DNA of 59,878 nucleotides from Candidatus Roizmanbacteria bacterium (GTDB lineage Bacteria; Patescibacteriota; Microgenomatia; UBA1406; HO2-37-13b): NCBI GenBank assembly GCA_038127095.1, contig JAYPGZ010000005.1, positions 1 to 59,878 of the forward strand, read 5' to 3'. Shown piece by piece: positions 58,432 to 59,878 of this stretch (position 1 is its first letter; each line of letters starts with the position of its first letter). The notes under the pieces were generated by a model. It saw only the letters and a program-made list of their open reading frames with translations, ran no database searches and was not told where the DNA came from. The position numbers and the translations under genes were made by a program.

Positions 58432-58972
58432 AATAGTACACGGTTGCCCATCCGATAAATATGCCAAACAAGGCTCCAAAGAATATGTCGCTTACGTAAT
58501 GGAAGCCTAAATATACACGTGAAAAAGCAACAATTGCTGCTACCGAATAAAAATATACTGATTGTTTTTTATAAAAATGCGCAAAGATAAACGCTGCACA
58601 AAAGGCGAGCGATGCGTGACCGGAAGGGAACGCGTAATCGCTTGGGTATGTGTGTGAAATAAATAAGAAAGGAATTGAATCGGTGATAGATGGCATGTAT
58701 GGGCTCAGGGAAAGTGGTCGAGGCCGATCGATTATATTTTTAATTATAAAATTAATCAGAATGGCAGTTGAAAGCATGCTCGTAAAGAGTAGTTTGGAAA
58801 ATTTACCGTCGTGTTCGTGGTATTTGAGGAATAATAAAAGGCCAACAAGCCAGATAACTGCAAAAATTCCGCGAATTGAAAAAAAATTAAAGATCAAATC
58901 AACAAAAAGCGGGTGGGGAAGCGTATATATGTAATGTGAAAGCGTATGATCAAAAGTTACCAGTGATTCCAT
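58418..58972 (-). CDS. PAP2-family phosphatase (undecaprenyl-diphosphatase-like)
   Basis: The three PAP2 motifs: IIDRPRP, PSGHAS and SRVYLGFHYVSD. Confidence 0.8.
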   Translation of the reverse strand: MESLVTFDHTLSHYIYTLPHPLFVDLIFNFFSIRGIFAVIWLVGLLLFLKYHEHDGKFSKLLFTSMLSTAILINFIIKNIIDRPRPLSLSPYMPSITDSIPFLFISHTYPSDYAFPSGHASLAFCAAFIFAHFYKKQSVYFYSVAAIVAFSRVYLGFHYVSDIFFGALFGIFIGWATVYYYDKV

Positions 58973-58978
58973 AAGTCG

Positions 58979-59878
58979 TTAAATAATGTGCAATGTTTTT
59001 TTAGTTGTGGTCAGTACGGTTACCGAATGATTTTTTTCGATAATTACGGTGTCTTCAAGCCTCATTCCCCATTTTTCAGGAATATAAATACCTGGTTCTA
59101 CAGTAATAGCATGACCAGATTTTATTGTATCAGTACTTAACGGTGAAAATGAAGGGTTTTCATGAACCTGTATACCAATTCCGTGGCCGGTTGCATGAGT
59201 ATAAACAGGAAAACCCGCATCGTGAATTGCATCGCGACAGTGTGAATCAACTTCCTGGTAGTTCGTACATGAAGATAAATTTGAAATAGCTTGCTGTTGA
59301 GCAGAAAATAAAGCATCATACGCATTGTGAATTGGTTTCGTTGGATTCCCAACAGAAATCATTCTCGTTATATCGGAGCAATAATTTTTATATCGAATTC
59401 CACAGTCAATAAGGATCAGCGAGCCGTGTTTTACGCGTTTTTTGCCATTCGCCTTGGTGTCGTAGTGGGCGATGGCGCTATTTTCATCGATTGCAACTAT
59501 GGGTGTGAATGCATGTTCAACTACCTCTTGTTGCTCTGTCGCAAGCTGTTGAAGGTGAGAATAAAGGAGGGAAAAAATTTCTTTCTCACTTATTCCTATT
59601 TTTATTTGAGGAATCACCCTTTGGAGTAGGGAATCTACAAGTTCACATGCCTGTTTTATATACAAAATTTCGTTGTTATTCTTAATAACACGTAAGTTAT
59701 TACTGTCGAATGCATTTTTTAAGCGCACCCTTTTTTTTGTAATCTGCTCCAGTTCCGCAACCGTTAGATCGTGTTTTTCAAACGCGACTTCACTTTCTCC
59801 AACAAGTTCTGTAAGGTGTTGCGACAATCTTTTTTGTGCCGATAGTAGTCTAAACTCGACACCTTGTTTTGCAAGCTG
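58979..59878 (-). CDS. M24-family Xaa-Pro aminopeptidase, N-terminus beyond the window edge
   Basis: LILIDCGIRYKNYCSDITR, HATGHGIGIQVHE and ITVEPGIYIPEKWGMRLEDT. The frame stays open from the track start 59827 to base 59878 (hand-checked). Confidence 0.8.
   Translation of the reverse strand, partial: QLAKQGVEFRLLSAQKRLSQHLTELVGESEVAFEKHDLTVAELEQITKKRVRLKNAFDSNNLRVIKNNNEILYIKQACELVDSLLQRVIPQIKIGISEKEIFSLLYSHLQQLATEQQEVVEHAFTPIVAIDENSAIAHYDTKANGKKRVKHGSLILIDCGIRYKNYCSDITRMISVGNPTKPIHNAYDALFSAQQQAISNLSSCTNYQEVDSHCRDAIHDAGFPVYTHATGHGIGIQVHENPSFSPLSTDTIKSGHAITVEPGIYIPEKWGMRLEDTVIIEKNHSVTVLTTTKKTLHII

Noticed and set aside
1-59878. Alternative genetic code (UGA recoding, as in some CPR lineages).
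   Set aside because: Long motif-bearing ORFs are intact under the standard code, and several end in TGA at sensible positions (for example 25435, 45846, 50599 and 53231).

Overview
About 60 kb of low-GC (about 40% by hand count) bacterial DNA, read in the standard genetic code. Small housekeeping operons (tatA-tatA-tatC, pth, rplJ-rplL, rpmB, def, TrmH-like, PAP2, M24 and M29 peptidases) are interleaved with a very large secreted or cell-surface gene load. The style fits an uncultured small-genome (CPR/Patescibacteria-like) bacterium, but that is inference only. Main content, in order of position:

(1) A Tc/RHS-type toxin locus at 3081..12092. The 2074-aa shell gene stops before the RHS core. 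Two tandem genes follow, each with its own signal peptide, a 100% identical 651-bp RHS-core segment and a different C-terminal toxin. The second toxin looks like an R-S-E ADP-ribosyltransferase. No immunity gene is visible.

(2) A cohesin-dockerin network spread over two operons (17093..26034 on the minus strand, 31560..39806 on the plus strand). It includes two giant paralogous proteins of about 1360 aa, an M4 metalloprotease, an LPKTG-anchored cohesin protein and two dockerin-only mini-proteins.

(3) An uncharacterised Cys-bounded module ending in YGW[IV], shared by four otherwise different secreted proteins.

(4) A tRNASec-shaped tRNA at 30308..30394 (8-bp acceptor stem, 4-bp T stem, 6-bp D stem with a CGGU loop, long variable arm) carrying a GAU anticodon. 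This is a candidate allo-tRNA.

(5) Two high-GC islands (about 45830..49050 and about 53030..54160, 53-63% GC in the lines I sampled). They encode only membrane, lipoprotein or Thr/Pro-tailed proteins with strong GGAGG sites, and they bracket native low-GC genes in divergent orientation. The cause is either horizontal acquisition or an assembly chimera.

(6) About 20 copies of a 27-40-bp REP-like imperfect palindrome (GTCAT-NNN..NNN-ATCTC) whose stems covary. Several copies sit in frame inside a 960-aa membrane-protein gene.

No rRNA, CRISPR array, transposase or integrase was seen.
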